Position numbers and translations under genes: made by a program
Part shown: positions 1-11,543 of the stretch, piece by piece
Numbering within the stretch: the first letter of the stretch is position 1
Layout of the letters: each line of letters opens with the position of its first letter
Source of the DNA: Fimbriosthenelais zetlandica
Taxonomy: Eukaryota
Direction of reading: 5' to 3'
DNA: 64,000 nt
Assembly: GCA_977030845.1 (NCBI GenBank)
Contig: OZ365110.1
Location: 35,774,001 to 35,838,000, forward strand
The notes under the pieces: model-generated
What the model was told of the DNA's origin: nothing
Seen by the model: only the letters and a program-made list of their open reading frames with translations
The model's database searches: none

Positions 1-636
1 TTTTATTTCATCAAATACTAAATAGGAGGCCAGGGTAACTGCGCAATGAAGCATGAGAGGGAGTAGGCCTAGGTGCATGTCCCCCCGCTGGTCGGCGCCA
101 GCGGTATATCTTGAACATAATCGCAGCACCTGGAAAAAGGATAAAACATCAGGACATGCAGGGATCTCAAGAGGTTGGTGTGCATAAGAAAATGTTAGAA
201 AATCAGGAGTTATATGGGTGAGGCCGGACTAATGTAAACAATACGACTCCCTCTCCATCATTCACCCCATCACACAGTAATATAACTAATATATGGACAG
301 TTACTGACCACACAGACTCTATTTTATATTGCAGTAAATAAGAGGAACGCACTCACCTTATTTAACTTGTAAATATGGAAGGAATCACATAGACATTAAA
401 CCATCATTCACTGCTTGATGTATAGCACCATATGAGCCATCTGGAGGCAATTTCATCAACGACTGTGAGCATCAGATGGAAATACCAAGTAAGTCACATT
501 TTACTAATCCTGAGTAGGCTAAGTAATATTTTGACCTTAACTCAATTTTTTGAAAAACTTGCAAAACTAAATAGGTATTTCCATTGGACGCTATAATTAC
601 TTCCGACACCCAATCTAGGCCAAATCTTAGCTTACA

Positions 637-712
637 GCCATAACGGGGATTCGCACCCGGCCAGGACCTTCATGCTTCGAAGCCAACGCACTATGCACTG
701 AACTACTAAGGC
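637..712 (-). mobile_element. tRNA-derived SINE head or tRNA pseudogene (Arg-TCG-like)
   Basis: Minus strand GCCTTAGTAGTTCAGTGCATAGTGCGTTGGCTTCGAAGCATGAAGGTCCTGGCCGGGTGCGAATCCCCGTTATGGC. A-box-like TAGTTCAGTG, B-box-like GGTGCGAATCC, imperfect acceptor stem GCCTTAG/TTATGGC. Confidence 0.6.
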
Positions 713-1549
713 ATGCCTAAAAGTGGCATCTAAAATAACCTCATTGCAACCTCCTCGATTGAAATAAAGTATTAACAATGGAATTATCAATAACAATGTT
801 TAATCCTGTAGTCTGCAGAATACATTTTTGCAGTTATAAGATATTTACAATAATGTCAATGTCTCTTCTTGCAATGTATCAAATCTTGTTTGTCGATCGG
901 ATGCAAGTGACACATAATATAATTTATATACTCTGCACATTTACTAAACAGTAAACGGTCTGAAACATATGATTTTCGGGTAATATTATGTTGAATGTTA
1001 TTTTCTTTTGTTGGGGTTTCATTATTTTTCTGTCATTCTCAATATATTTATAGGTTAGAGCCCTTAATTTCTGCTCTGGAAAGTTTTTAACCAGACATTC
1101 TAGAACAAACAAACACTTACCGTACATCGATTTTGAGTTACTTTCGATAGAATTTATCAAAACGTTCTATACTGCCACCACTTTCATGCCTAGAATTTAA
1201 TTCATGATAATTTTTTTCACGTTGTACAAGAAAAATAAAAATGATCTCCTAGTATTTTGCAAACAGAGTCAATCCACGGATCACGAAAGGTTGTGTATTC
1301 AAATTGCATTGCCCTAAGTATTAATTATCATAAATTATAATTAGACGAGATAACAAGATAATGCTGAGGGCTCCACTTCCATAATGCGATATTTTTTCTG
1401 TAATGAAATGGACCTCCAAGCAATTATAAATTCCCTTTAAATAGGAGAGATTCAAACTTGCATTCTACCACGGGAGAAACAATAACATTATTAGAAATCA
1501 AGGCGAGATAAAAAGGAAAACCCTTGTCCTACATTGTAGCTCCTATACA

Positions 1550-2050
1550 TAAGGTATTCTTTGGCATTCTGGTCCCTTCATTGCTTTGGAGACATCTACA
1601 GATTGAGCAAGACAAGTAAGAAAACACCAAACTCACAGGCTTATCAACAGAGGGCGTATCCGAGCCAGCTATGGAAATGGAACACTCTTAACAAGGACGC
1701 AACTATATACGTATATTTACGCATGTTTTTGGTAATATCTCCCATACATCCAGCCCATATTCTAGTATCGTAATATGGCGACTAAATGGGAATGTAATCA
1801 TGGAATGGTACAAACATACCAGATTTCGCCTACAATGATACAACATAATTTACCAACAATTCCACAATGCCTATTTCATTTCAAAGTCAACAATTCCGAA
1901 CTGTCTTCATAGTAATTCCCAAATATGGTTAGAATTCGATCTGTTAAGTACAAAATAATCTTTGTATCATTCGTTTTCATGTTATAGGTTATAATTATAG
2001 GCTTATTTCTGGATGCTTCAGTCAAATTCAATGACAAATAGCATACATAT
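1550..2050 (-). mobile_element. Decayed LINE (CR1/L2-like) RT C-terminal remnant
   Basis: Manual translation GIVGKLLYHCRRNLVCLYHSMI...ILEYGLDVW resembles the 'LY.SL..P.LEY...VW' region of CR1/L2 ORF2. Contains stops. Confidence 0.5.
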
Positions 2051-2377
2051 GTATACTTTCACACCTGCAGTCTCAAATGTCGCCGGACTCCAATTCATAG
2101 TATGGAATGTAGATGATAGTATAGGTTTCTTTCTTTCTTTTTTAAAACAAAGTGTAGTATAGAAACACCTTTTGGTCATTTTCCTCTACAGTATCTACTC
2201 GTGAACACAGACACCAGGCTAAACAGACAACGAAGCCCAGGCAACACACACCTCAGCATCCTCCTGCTCTAATATGTATAATGACACATTATCAGACTTC
2301 ATATTATACCAAGCTCTAATGACTGCTCACTGATTCCATCATATCCTCCAATGTAGCATTCATCAGGGGGCTGCCTC

Positions 2378-2562
2378 AAGCCCGGAGCACACTAATCCGA
2401 TTCTCCATTCAGTCGCCATCCGATACTCAATTTCTAATGTTTAGCCTTACGTATGTGTAAAGGACTGTTAAAATTACAAGCATTTGGTATGAATAGAAAT
2501 ATAGTTTCCGACAGCTATCGGATGGCGCCGGATAGAGAATAGGATTAGTGTGTTCCAAGCTT
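2378..2562. mobile_element. Foldback/MITE-like element with ~47-bp imperfect inverted repeats
   Basis: aagcccggagcacactaatccgattctccattcagtcgccatccgata (2378-2425) is the near reverse complement of tatcggatggcgccggatagagaataggattagtgtgttccaagctt (2516-2562). Confidence 0.6.
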
Positions 2563-3517
2563 CATACAGAAAGATGCACTGCATTAGACAATGGTAAGAA
2601 GTTCAGGTATGGGCTAATGCAGCACACCTCTCTCTTAACACAAACCCCATGATTCATTGCATCATTTGTATAAATAGCACAACCCTTTAGATTAAATATA
2701 CTATTGCTTATACCGCCCTTCCAATTATTTAATAGCTCATACACCGGAAAATAATTAATAAGCTCACGGTCGCCGTCGTCCCACGAACAAAAATAAGTTT
2801 TGCACTTTACTTTGTTACAGGATAAGATACATGGCATTAGGCTTTGATTTTACGAAACACAGCAAGGCGAGTTGAGTCAGCCTCATATTGAAAAAGGAGA
2901 TTAGATAGTGGAAAAAAACACAAATAGTTCTCCTAAGTACTTGCAAATACCAATGGTATAACATCCTGATAATGTAGTTTAAATCAAGGTTGCTGGCCAT
3001 ATCCTACACAGAGTGGAACTGAAGAAATGATAAATTGTCTTGCCAAACGCAGGGGTACCACTCTCTCTTCCTTCACCTCCGGCTGACAGTGACACCACAT
3101 CTTGTCTTGTCTTTATCATTTATGGCTGGTATTCACCACACTTTAGAGCATTATCTCGTCAACTATGTACAGAATAATCTATAATAGAACGGGCCCACAG
3201 TGAGGATTGGTATAACCACAAGAAATCTTCCTAATCACACTCATGCTCTTCACGATCACAGCTCATTCCTTACTTTCTCCATCCTTTAGTCGAAGGTATG
3301 CAGAAGGAGGTCCATCATGTCATCCTCTGCCACACAAATGTTATCTATCACATTCATCGCCATTCGTCACTTTTCTTTCGATATTGGCGCTCAACACACA
3401 CTCTTCCTTTCATATCCACAGATCTATTATAATTTATTGTCCTTGCTCCCATAGATCCACCGTTGCATGTGCCTGCGTGCACGAGAAGGGTTTCAATTTA
3501 CCCATTAGACGATTATA

Positions 3518-3689
3518 CAGTAAAACCTTCAATACTGAACACCTCTCACAAGTGAACACCTTTTAATAGTGAACACTTATTAGCCTATAATTCTTGAGGT
3601 GTTGTGCCCTCCCTAATTAGGAAACACCTCCATTCATTTCTTACTTTTTTTTCAGTCCCAAGAGTGTTCACTGTACAAAGGATTTACTG
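3518..3689. mobile_element. Tc1/mariner-type MITE (172 bp)
   Basis: TA|cagtaaaacct ... aggatttactg|TA: 11-bp TIR with one mismatch, TA target duplication, internal repeated gaacac/gtgttc subterminal motifs. Confidence 0.7.
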
Positions 3690-3737
3690 TATTTTAATTT
3701 CTCAATAACCAAGTTAACAGGGAAAATCCTCTTTTTT

Positions 3738-3946
3738 TCAACATGGAGAGATCTGCTCGCCTTCCCATGATTCATGCTGCTCGCCAGTTCCGGTTCCGGT
3801 GGAGGTTTGACCGTCTGCCGGAGGTTGGTTGTTGCGAGTGTCGCTGCTGCCGGCCGGTGGAGCGCGATCGTCGCCCTCCTCACTTCTCTTTGATGATATG
3901 CCAACTTGGGGAGCAAGGCCATCCAGGGTAAGCGGAGCGTTCACAT
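3738..3946 (-). CDS. Candidate terminal exon B of the RhoGAP gene (acidic, disordered tail)
   Basis: Acceptor ctttttttccacatttcag|AT in phase 1: (D)VNAPLTLDGLAPQVGISSKRSEEGDD...SWEGEQISPC-stop. GC-rich island behind a strong pyrimidine tract. Confidence 0.55.
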
Positions 3947-4279
3947 CTGAAATGTGGAAAAAAGGACAAGAGAGATCACAATAAATACACGCAATCAGAT
4001 AGGGCTTTGAAGAGGGACATCAAGAGCATAGATTACATTGGAAAATTGCAATCTCATGAATGCATCGCTTCCCATTTAAACACTGAGCGACAGCAGAGAT
4101 GATATGACTCAGGATGTAATGACAGAATCTGTGGCCACTTAATAGTTTATAATGTGTGGTGGAGGCAATATCGGGGATTACTCTGGCGCCCTGTTATTCT
4201 GTCTTTTGGGGATTGATTGGCCTATAACCACAGTCTACCCCATGAGAAGGATAGGACCTAATTGCCCTGATGGTTTAAA

Positions 4280-4487
4280 GCCTAAACCCACTGAGCTACG
4301 ATCTCCCTACAATCTGTTTTACGACACAATTACAACAAAAAGTATGTGGAATGAACCTACTGAAAGGGTATGTGGAACGAACATTCGATCATATTCCTGT
4401 GTGCTCTTCACGGATCAGAACACTACGTTCTTATTTTGAGCATGTTCAAGCAGATCGTAGGGCTATCGTAGGTCAGTAGGTTCAGGC
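4280..4487. mobile_element. MITE family X, copy 1
   Basis: TIR gcctaaacccactgagctacgat... / ...atcgtaggtcagtaggttcaggc. Internal ttcttattttgagcatgttcaagcag is shared, in opposite orientation, with 42261-42450. Confidence 0.7.
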
Positions 4488-6149
4488 TATTAAGGCAGTG
4501 ATTACAATTTGAAATAACTGTACATTATTATCATAATTATTATCATAATTACAATAGCCAAGTTAACTGATGAATTAATTAGACCCAATGACCCTCTCAT
4601 AGTCCTACCTCAATGTCCAGAAGATAGATTATCGTGATTACAAATGGACAGATTAGAATCTACAGATGGATCACTACTAATCCAGATGATCTGTTGTTAA
4701 ATTTGCTTGGTCAGGGGAGCTATATACTTAGAGGGAGGGCAAAACACAAACAGGTGTGTTCCAAGTACATTTCATATTAAATGGTCACACGCGATGGCTA
4801 CATTCACTGAACAGGTTTTTACCCGCTGGCCAAGTGAATAATTCATGGTTTAGACATCAAAAGCTGAATTAAAATAAACACAATCACCATTTCCTGTACT
4901 TTGGGAACACGTAAGCCTGGAAATAGCGAAGAAATGGGATCTAATAGACTTGGATATCGATACTGACAGAGATGCAGACCTTGAGGAACTAATTTTACAT
5001 TAATTTATTTGGGGGAAATTCTGTTTTAATGTATCAATTAACAATCGTTATAACCGCATTTTTCACCTCACAAAAATTCAATGAATCAAAATCAATTATA
5101 TATGCATCATACATTCGGTTAGAAAACCAATATATTACAATGCAATGTCATGCTTAGAAGAATTGCTCGAGTTTAAATTTGAAGTGCAGAATAATAGTGA
5201 ATATAACACTTCGAGACAACTGATTTGAAAAATCCATTCATATCACACAACCCTGGGAGATGGTTTTTACCCCCCAGATTATGATTGGTCACTGCGATCC
5301 ATTCCTCCCATTAAATTCACCCATTTCTCAAGAATTAAGAACAAAGAGCAAAAACTTATGACCTGCAGCGACAGGTGCATGGTAAAGAGAGGCAACAATT
5401 TTGACAGATTCTTTATGAGGATTGAGGGAAAAAAATAATGGGTGACGTGAGAAGCCATTGGTGGAGCACTTTTGTGTGGGTGGTATTATATAACGGCCGG
5501 CTGGGTGTTATGGATCATAATGAATGCATTGTGATGAAAGGTTGTTTGGCTTGTAACTAATCCCACCTTTTGTATCAAAACTAAAACAAATACATGAATC
5601 ATTCTGCAGATATTTAAGTTGAGATACAAATTCTGGACCCGCGTATAAAACACATAATAAAACCTCATAAGAACACAAGAGTTCGTATGGCAAGAATGGA
5701 TGTCAAGTTAAAGTTAAATAATACAGTTTCTGAAGCAAGCGTGCATGGGCCTTGTAATTAAAAGAAAGTTTGGTAAATAGAAAGACTTTTTTCGTTTTTG
5801 AATATCTCTTTTACATTGTTCCAAATTGTATACAGGACTACACAAAACTGGGATGAATAATTCAGTACATTCAGCGAAAGTATTAGACTGGCTTACAAAA
5901 GCGGCATAATGAACGAACAAAAATGGTCTGAAATGCACGAGAGATTGGAATGTGAGGGAGGAAAAAGTGACGAGGGGATTTCAAATAATGCTCTGCATGC
6001 TGAACACACCCGAATGAGAGAATGGTTGTAATTCACTGCGCCAACAGAAAACTGCAGGATTTTAACGACTCGCCATCAAAATATCTCGCCATAAAAATAG
6101 ATTCTGATCTCTAAATATTGAGAAATACAATTTTAAGCAGATCTTGTGG

Positions 6150-7850
6150 ATAGGAATTGCGGATAGCAAAAGTAATTGCATGTATTAAATATTTTAAAAA
6201 TTTTTGAGGGTCCCTATGCTTAGATGAATAGTTTACTAAAATAATCCCTACACACGGGAATCATTGATGTAGGAGGTAATCAACATGCCAGGAATGCCAA
6301 CATGAACATCCAAATGAATTTTACTTGTTAGTGGGTAGGAATGGCCGTAGTAGGAGGCCTGGGATTGGTGTTAATGTTGGCTGGGGTGGGTACGGATGGC
6401 CGACCTAATGGGGAGATAATCTGCTCGACCATTACCAAGGACAGTGGGGCTACATTGCCTGTGACCTGTCGATGCTTTCTCCCAACTCCCTCTAAACACA
6501 GCACTGTACATTCTGCCAAGGCAATTGCAGGGGAGAAGCTCACTCGTCTCATTGCCCATAAAGCCCACTCTCAATGAAGCCAGTAATCTTTAACGATGGC
6601 TTTGGAGGCAGAAGCCAATGTGTGACAAGTAAGATAGATCGGCCACCTATATGCCAAACCCATCTGCACTGGCCTAAGGTGAAGGTGTAAGGAATTCTAC
6701 ACATAAATGTGCTCAATTGGCAGGTTAGCTTCCAAAATGCTGTCATTTTCTTAAAGCTCTCTGTACTCGCCCGTTTATCCCACACAGAAAAATGTGTGGG
6801 TGTGTTTGCTGTTCAGGAATCCCTTTAATCCCACTTATTGAGAATCTAAAACTGTCTCGAGAAAGGACGATCAATATAATTATCATTAGGCAAAAAGGAA
6901 ACAGAACGCTTATCAGATTAACTAGAAAAGTTGCAGGGAGTGGCAAAAGTTTTTTGTCCAACCTTCAAAACGGATAAACAAAAGAGATTTCTTAGTCAAA
7001 GAATGAGAAAAAAGGGACATCAGGGGACTGCACAAGAGGAGGTCACTGACAAGTTACAAATTAATAAAAATATAATCAGCATCACAAAAACGTCCAGGCT
7101 GCCTACGAAGATAGCTCAGGGGGCTTTCATCGACAGGCCAAAACGCGCCAAACAAGACAAAGATTTCACTTTGAAAAGTAAAGGCATTGAAATATGCATC
7201 AAGACTGGGTAAAGTCTCTATTTATTTTGGAATTCACACTTATTTATTTGAGATCAAGACAGGATAATTTTGAAGAGGCAGAGAGAGACAGAGAAAGCTT
7301 TCACTGATCACATAATTATTCACTTCGAACAAAGAGAGATGACTTCACTGACTTCAGTTTACCTTTAGCCCCAGAGCTCAACCGTTAGAGGGAATGTTTC
7401 CACTGCAGAAAAATTAAAGATTAATTAAAAATTGTCACTTTAATTTAAAATGTTAATGATTTTCCACCATCCATGGAGTGTTCTTTCCTGAAATGTGCAG
7501 GAAAGTTGTGATGTAGAATGACCCCAGCAATGTCTCACGATTGCGCTGCTCAATACTGCGAAGTGAATTTTTACAATAGTGGATGTGAAACGACATACTA
7601 TTATGTTCACCAGACCAAAATGCAACGATTGGAACCACTTGAAAGGCACATCAACAGCATACCACAATACAATACCAGCCATTTACAAGGGGTTTCTCGG
7701 GGAAGGATGCTATCAACAGTGGAATGGCTTCCTAAAAGGAAGATCACACTTGTCTAAAACTAGGTTATTCTATATGGGAAAGGAGCAACTCAAGTTCGAT
7801 TGAAATGTGTCTAGAAAAAGACAGTGCTCATCTGCTATTTAACTATTGCC
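6150..7850 (-). mobile_element. Decayed Ngaro-like (DIRS order) element: RNase H and tyrosine recombinase remnants
   Basis: Degenerate YR motifs in the expected order: SGIKGIPEQQ (GIKR), MTAFWKLTCQLSTFM (WAA..LAFFGFLR), SPAIALAE (CPV.AL), YYGHSY...GIPGMLI (GHSFR...GIP..LI). Upstream HCWGH resembles the Ngaro RNase H 'WG' region. Confidence 0.5.
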
Positions 7851-7949
7851 ACATCTTGGACACCAATATGCCAAGAAAGAAGATATTAGAAAGGAAAGTA
7901 CCATTGAGATTTGAGTCAGGAAGCAGTGAGGATTGCAGACATTAGTGTG

Positions 7950-8344
7950 TTAGGAGTGGCCCGGATCGGAATGTTCCATTGACAAGGATCTCCGCAGACT
8001 TCCCTGATGGTGCATGGAAGATGAGGAGGCTGCATCAGAATGATCAGAATAGTATCCACCACCAGTGTAGGAAGATCGAGGGCCTCTGGACCGACCGCTG
8101 GAGCGTTTGGGCGAGGAGCGTTCCAATGGCGGCCGGTTGTGGCTTGGGGAACGCTCCATGGAAGGGCGTGGTGCCGACCGTGGCCGGACAAGCAAAGAAC
8201 AGTACAAACATTGGCATGGCTCCTGGGTCTGTTGTAGATGGGGACCTGAACGGTACCGGAATGGTTCGAGAGGTGCCATGGGCCGAGGCACCTGGGGTAG
8301 TCTCTCCTGCATTTGATCCAGGTACTCTCTCCACGTTATACCCT
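7950..8344 (-). CDS. Candidate terminal exon A of the RhoGAP gene (Arg/Ser/Pro-rich tail)
   Basis: Acceptor tcctgcag|AG in phase 1 continues the frame of exon 11333-11543: (E)GITWREYLDQMQERLPQ...SLRRSLSMEHSDPGHS-stop. GC-rich, coding-like island in AT-rich DNA. Part of ORF 7950-8417. Confidence 0.6.
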
Positions 8345-10592
8345 CTGCAGGACATGTGAATAAATGAAGCGCCATATAGTTAGCCAGAGCATGGACACAC
8401 ATGTTATAAGTGAGCAAGCTGAATCATGTGCTGAATACACCTGCTTTGGGAATATATGAAAATCTCAGTGTTATTTCTCTATGGTTTCGACATGTGTTCC
8501 AGCTATACAGTTCTACATTATCAACACTAGGTCTTTCTAATACTCTCATAGACAAATGCGATGACAACACTGAATTATATACCTAAATAGGCCTATACTA
8601 TAGAAGAATATATGGTGCCATAACACTAGTTCTTGTTACTGACTATAGTGATGATTCACATGATTATGGGAAAATCTATATTGGTAAGGCTAAGATATCT
8701 AAATCCTACTTGGTGTAACCATAATATTGATCTGTGTTCTAGTGTATAGAAGTTCGGTCGGGTGGTAGGGATTATTTTTTCTCTTCTAGATATATCAAGT
8801 AGCTCCCCTGAGTGTGACAAACCTCATAAGCAGATACAGGTGCCGGAGCAAGCAAAGTGAATTAGCATTGATCAGCAGGGGAATAATTTGCTAGATCCTA
8901 TTTCCAATTAGGCGGCCGGGAGGTAAATTCCTTTAATTGCCGGACAATGTTCCCATGGTCTGATTTTAAGATGGATCCAGCCTTGTCAAGGTGGCCGACA
9001 CGACAAATGCGTTTGCTTCATTTGAAGTGGGATTATTTTTTGCAGATGCAATCAATTTGGCAAATTTCACGCTGGGCTATGACGACAAAGGGATGGGCAG
9101 CGTGAACAAAGGACGCTACCAACAAAGCCAACTGCGCCTCGAAGCCACTTCCCAAAAGCGAGTCCAATCAGGGATGGGCCAAAGACATTTCTGCCTGATA
9201 TCTTTTGAACGCTTGATCTATTCTGCTAGGCACAACACAAAAGACTCACCATGTAAACTTTGATAAGTTTATAAAAAGGAAATCTCTGCTGTTGAGCAGG
9301 AATGATGTTAAGCAATTTAGTTACGCTCCAGCACTCGATTTTTGTTACGTTCAAAATGCTTTTATCCCCGATGGTTTTCCAAGCAACAACATTGCCCTCC
9401 CTAAAATGATGTCAGAAGATGAAAAATTGGAACCATATTGTTGAAATCAGACAGATTGGTGTTCCTAATCCCTCAGAAAGTGAGCGTTTTAAGACGTTGG
9501 CCCTTTTAAATTAAAGACGAGCCTTCCAAGCATCCCGCCTTCTCAACGGTTTAGCATGGTCAGGATGCAAAACAGGACTCCAGGTCTCCATAAATACTTT
9601 TCCAAGTTATGTGGGGCTGAGAGGTAAGACGGGAAAAAGACTTTCTATTTGAAACGTATCCCCATGGGTTTGACGGGGTAAAAACATGGCTATAAATAAT
9701 GATATCAATATAGTATTATCACGGGTTGCCAGGCTACGTGGCCTTAGCTTACATCTTTGACTTGCAGCCTCAAAGCTTTCCCAGAGGGTCTGACCTCTGA
9801 AGACCTGTCCAAAAGACTTATTATGACGTCGATATAACGTGCACCGTCCGGCTTTAACCCCTTCTTATACCCAGCCCCACAAGTCCCCTATCTCCAATGA
9901 AATTACTTTCTCTCATACTTTTTCTGCTACTTCGATATTTGTCGCTGCCCATATCAAAATTACATCCAATTGTTTTCCAATTTAGAAAAACACCTGCCAC
10001 GTATCCAACTCTATTACTGACGATTCCCTTTTATTAATACAATGGAAGTTAATATAATATATATAGGTTTTATACCAGGTTTTAGTAAGCATACGTATAG
10101 CAAGCGTGGGAATGAAAGTAATAGCAATTTCCACTCGGTCAAATGGCACGGTACAATAATGTATTATCTATATCACACGGGCACAAGGTTGGCAAGTACT
10201 AACAAGGAAATTGAGGATTGGTGCAAAAAGCGAAAAAAATAAAAAATTATCGTATCAAATAATCAATGTAGGCTAGTGTGTTTTCTCCGCTCATATTCAC
10301 CACCACCTGCATACGAGTTCATTTTCTTTGGTCAAAATATGAGTGCTGTTAACGAAACGGTTAAATACGAGGTAAATGCAACACGTCTTCATTTATATGA
10401 TTATTTCTCTTGGAAATAAATGTAGCTGAGGCAAATTTGTCATCTTTAGCAAAAAACATCTGCATGAGTACTGTAAGTATCGTGTAAATAGATATTTGGC
10501 AATTTGTCAAGGCAAGCAAAACCGAAAAATAATTCATGCCACAGTCGCTTCTTCCGTCCCTGTTGCAATTTTAATTTCTGCATGGCAATTAC

Positions 10593-10660
10593 CTTTCCCT
10601 ACCGAACCTGCGTCCAGGTATCTGTGTCGGGCGAGGAATAGCAGAAGGCAACAGTGATTT
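10593..10660 (-). CDS. Candidate 68-nt cassette/truncating exon of the RhoGAP gene
   Basis: Long polypyrimidine tract, then tttag acceptor; donor GGAAAG|gtaatt. In phase 1 it reads (E)ITVAFCYSSPDTDTWTQVR-stop (TAG at 10601-10599). No homology support. Confidence 0.3.
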
Positions 10661-11332
10661 CTAAAGTTAGGAGATTAATCGAGTGAGTAATTTTTGAAAA
10701 AGACAGAGATAGGATAGAAAATTAACAGAGTAAGAAAGAAAAAAAAGAGTGTTGAGAGTACTTTTCGGTCGCTTGAATTCATCCCTAGCCAGAAATTTTT
10801 ACCAGGTCAGGCAGATGAAGGGGTGAGGGAGAATTATCTGGTATGCTAAGAGTAGGTCATGCACGCTAAGATTAGAAGCAAATACATGTTCTCTCTACAC
10901 TATCACTATCTATCACCGTGTGAGGTATGGTCAGGTTAGGCTATTCTCCATCGTAATGCTTGTAATTAAGGAGTGGCTGAATCAGTTGGGAATGCGCAAT
11001 AACTCCCAAGTGGCTTCGGCCATACAGAGCAGTCCATAACCTGTGTCTATCCAGGGCAGTGTAACTATATGGGCCAGAATTCACTGTGTCAACCACTGCT
11101 TTAGGACACTATACCCTTCATGTGTCCTAACTCCAATATATAGTAACACATTTTGCAAGCTATTTTACAGAAGACCATAAAAGGTCTTCGCTGCCAATTG
11201 ATTCATGCCTTTCTACCAATACCTCACATGGCATTAGATAAATTAATCTATGATGTAAAATACCTTTGTTTGATGCATAAATGAAAAGAGAATCAAGATA
11301 TTGTTTGCAATCGATTCAAATAAACAACTTAC

Positions 11333-11543
11333 CTCTGTTATCCGGCCAGATGTCAAGCAGATAATGTAGCACCTCTATATGTTTTTTGAAGTCAAGTGCT
11401 GTTTCCATGTCGGTGGCAAGTTGCGGAGAAGGACAAAGCACCACCGGGCCGAAGCAAACAGCCAGGTTTTGTGAAGTCATCTTGTTCACATCAGCTTTCG
11501 AAGCCACCCGCTTTAAATGGTCGAGCAAAACAGCCATCGTATC
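11333..11543 (-). CDS. syd-1: SYD-1-like RhoGAP, exon with the C-terminal part of the GAP domain
   Basis: Acceptor ttgacag|GAT, donor AGAG|gtaagt. Reads [36 protein letters not shown]...[28 protein letters not shown] and [13 protein letters not shown] are characteristic of SYDE1/2. Phase 0 in, phase 1 out. Confidence 0.93.

Noticed and set aside
3668-3922. Alternative-frame ORF over exon B
   Set aside because: Out of phase with the acceptor, and it ends inside a MITE.
4756-4910. Short inverted repeat gtgttccaagtaca / tgtactttgggaacac as a MITE
   Set aside because: Arms are only ~14-16 bp with indels and there is no TSD.
7916-8359. Overlapping ORFs on both strands (7979-8359 +, 8044-8355 -, 7916-8191 -) as an overlapping or antisense gene
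   Set aside because: Expected in a GC-rich exon with few stop codons. Only the 7950 frame is in phase with the upstream GAP exon.
8900-10200. Possible further Ngaro/DIRS RT-RNase H remnant (YIDVII, AFGKWLRG)
   Set aside because: Motifs too degenerate to separate from chance by eye; needs an HMM search.
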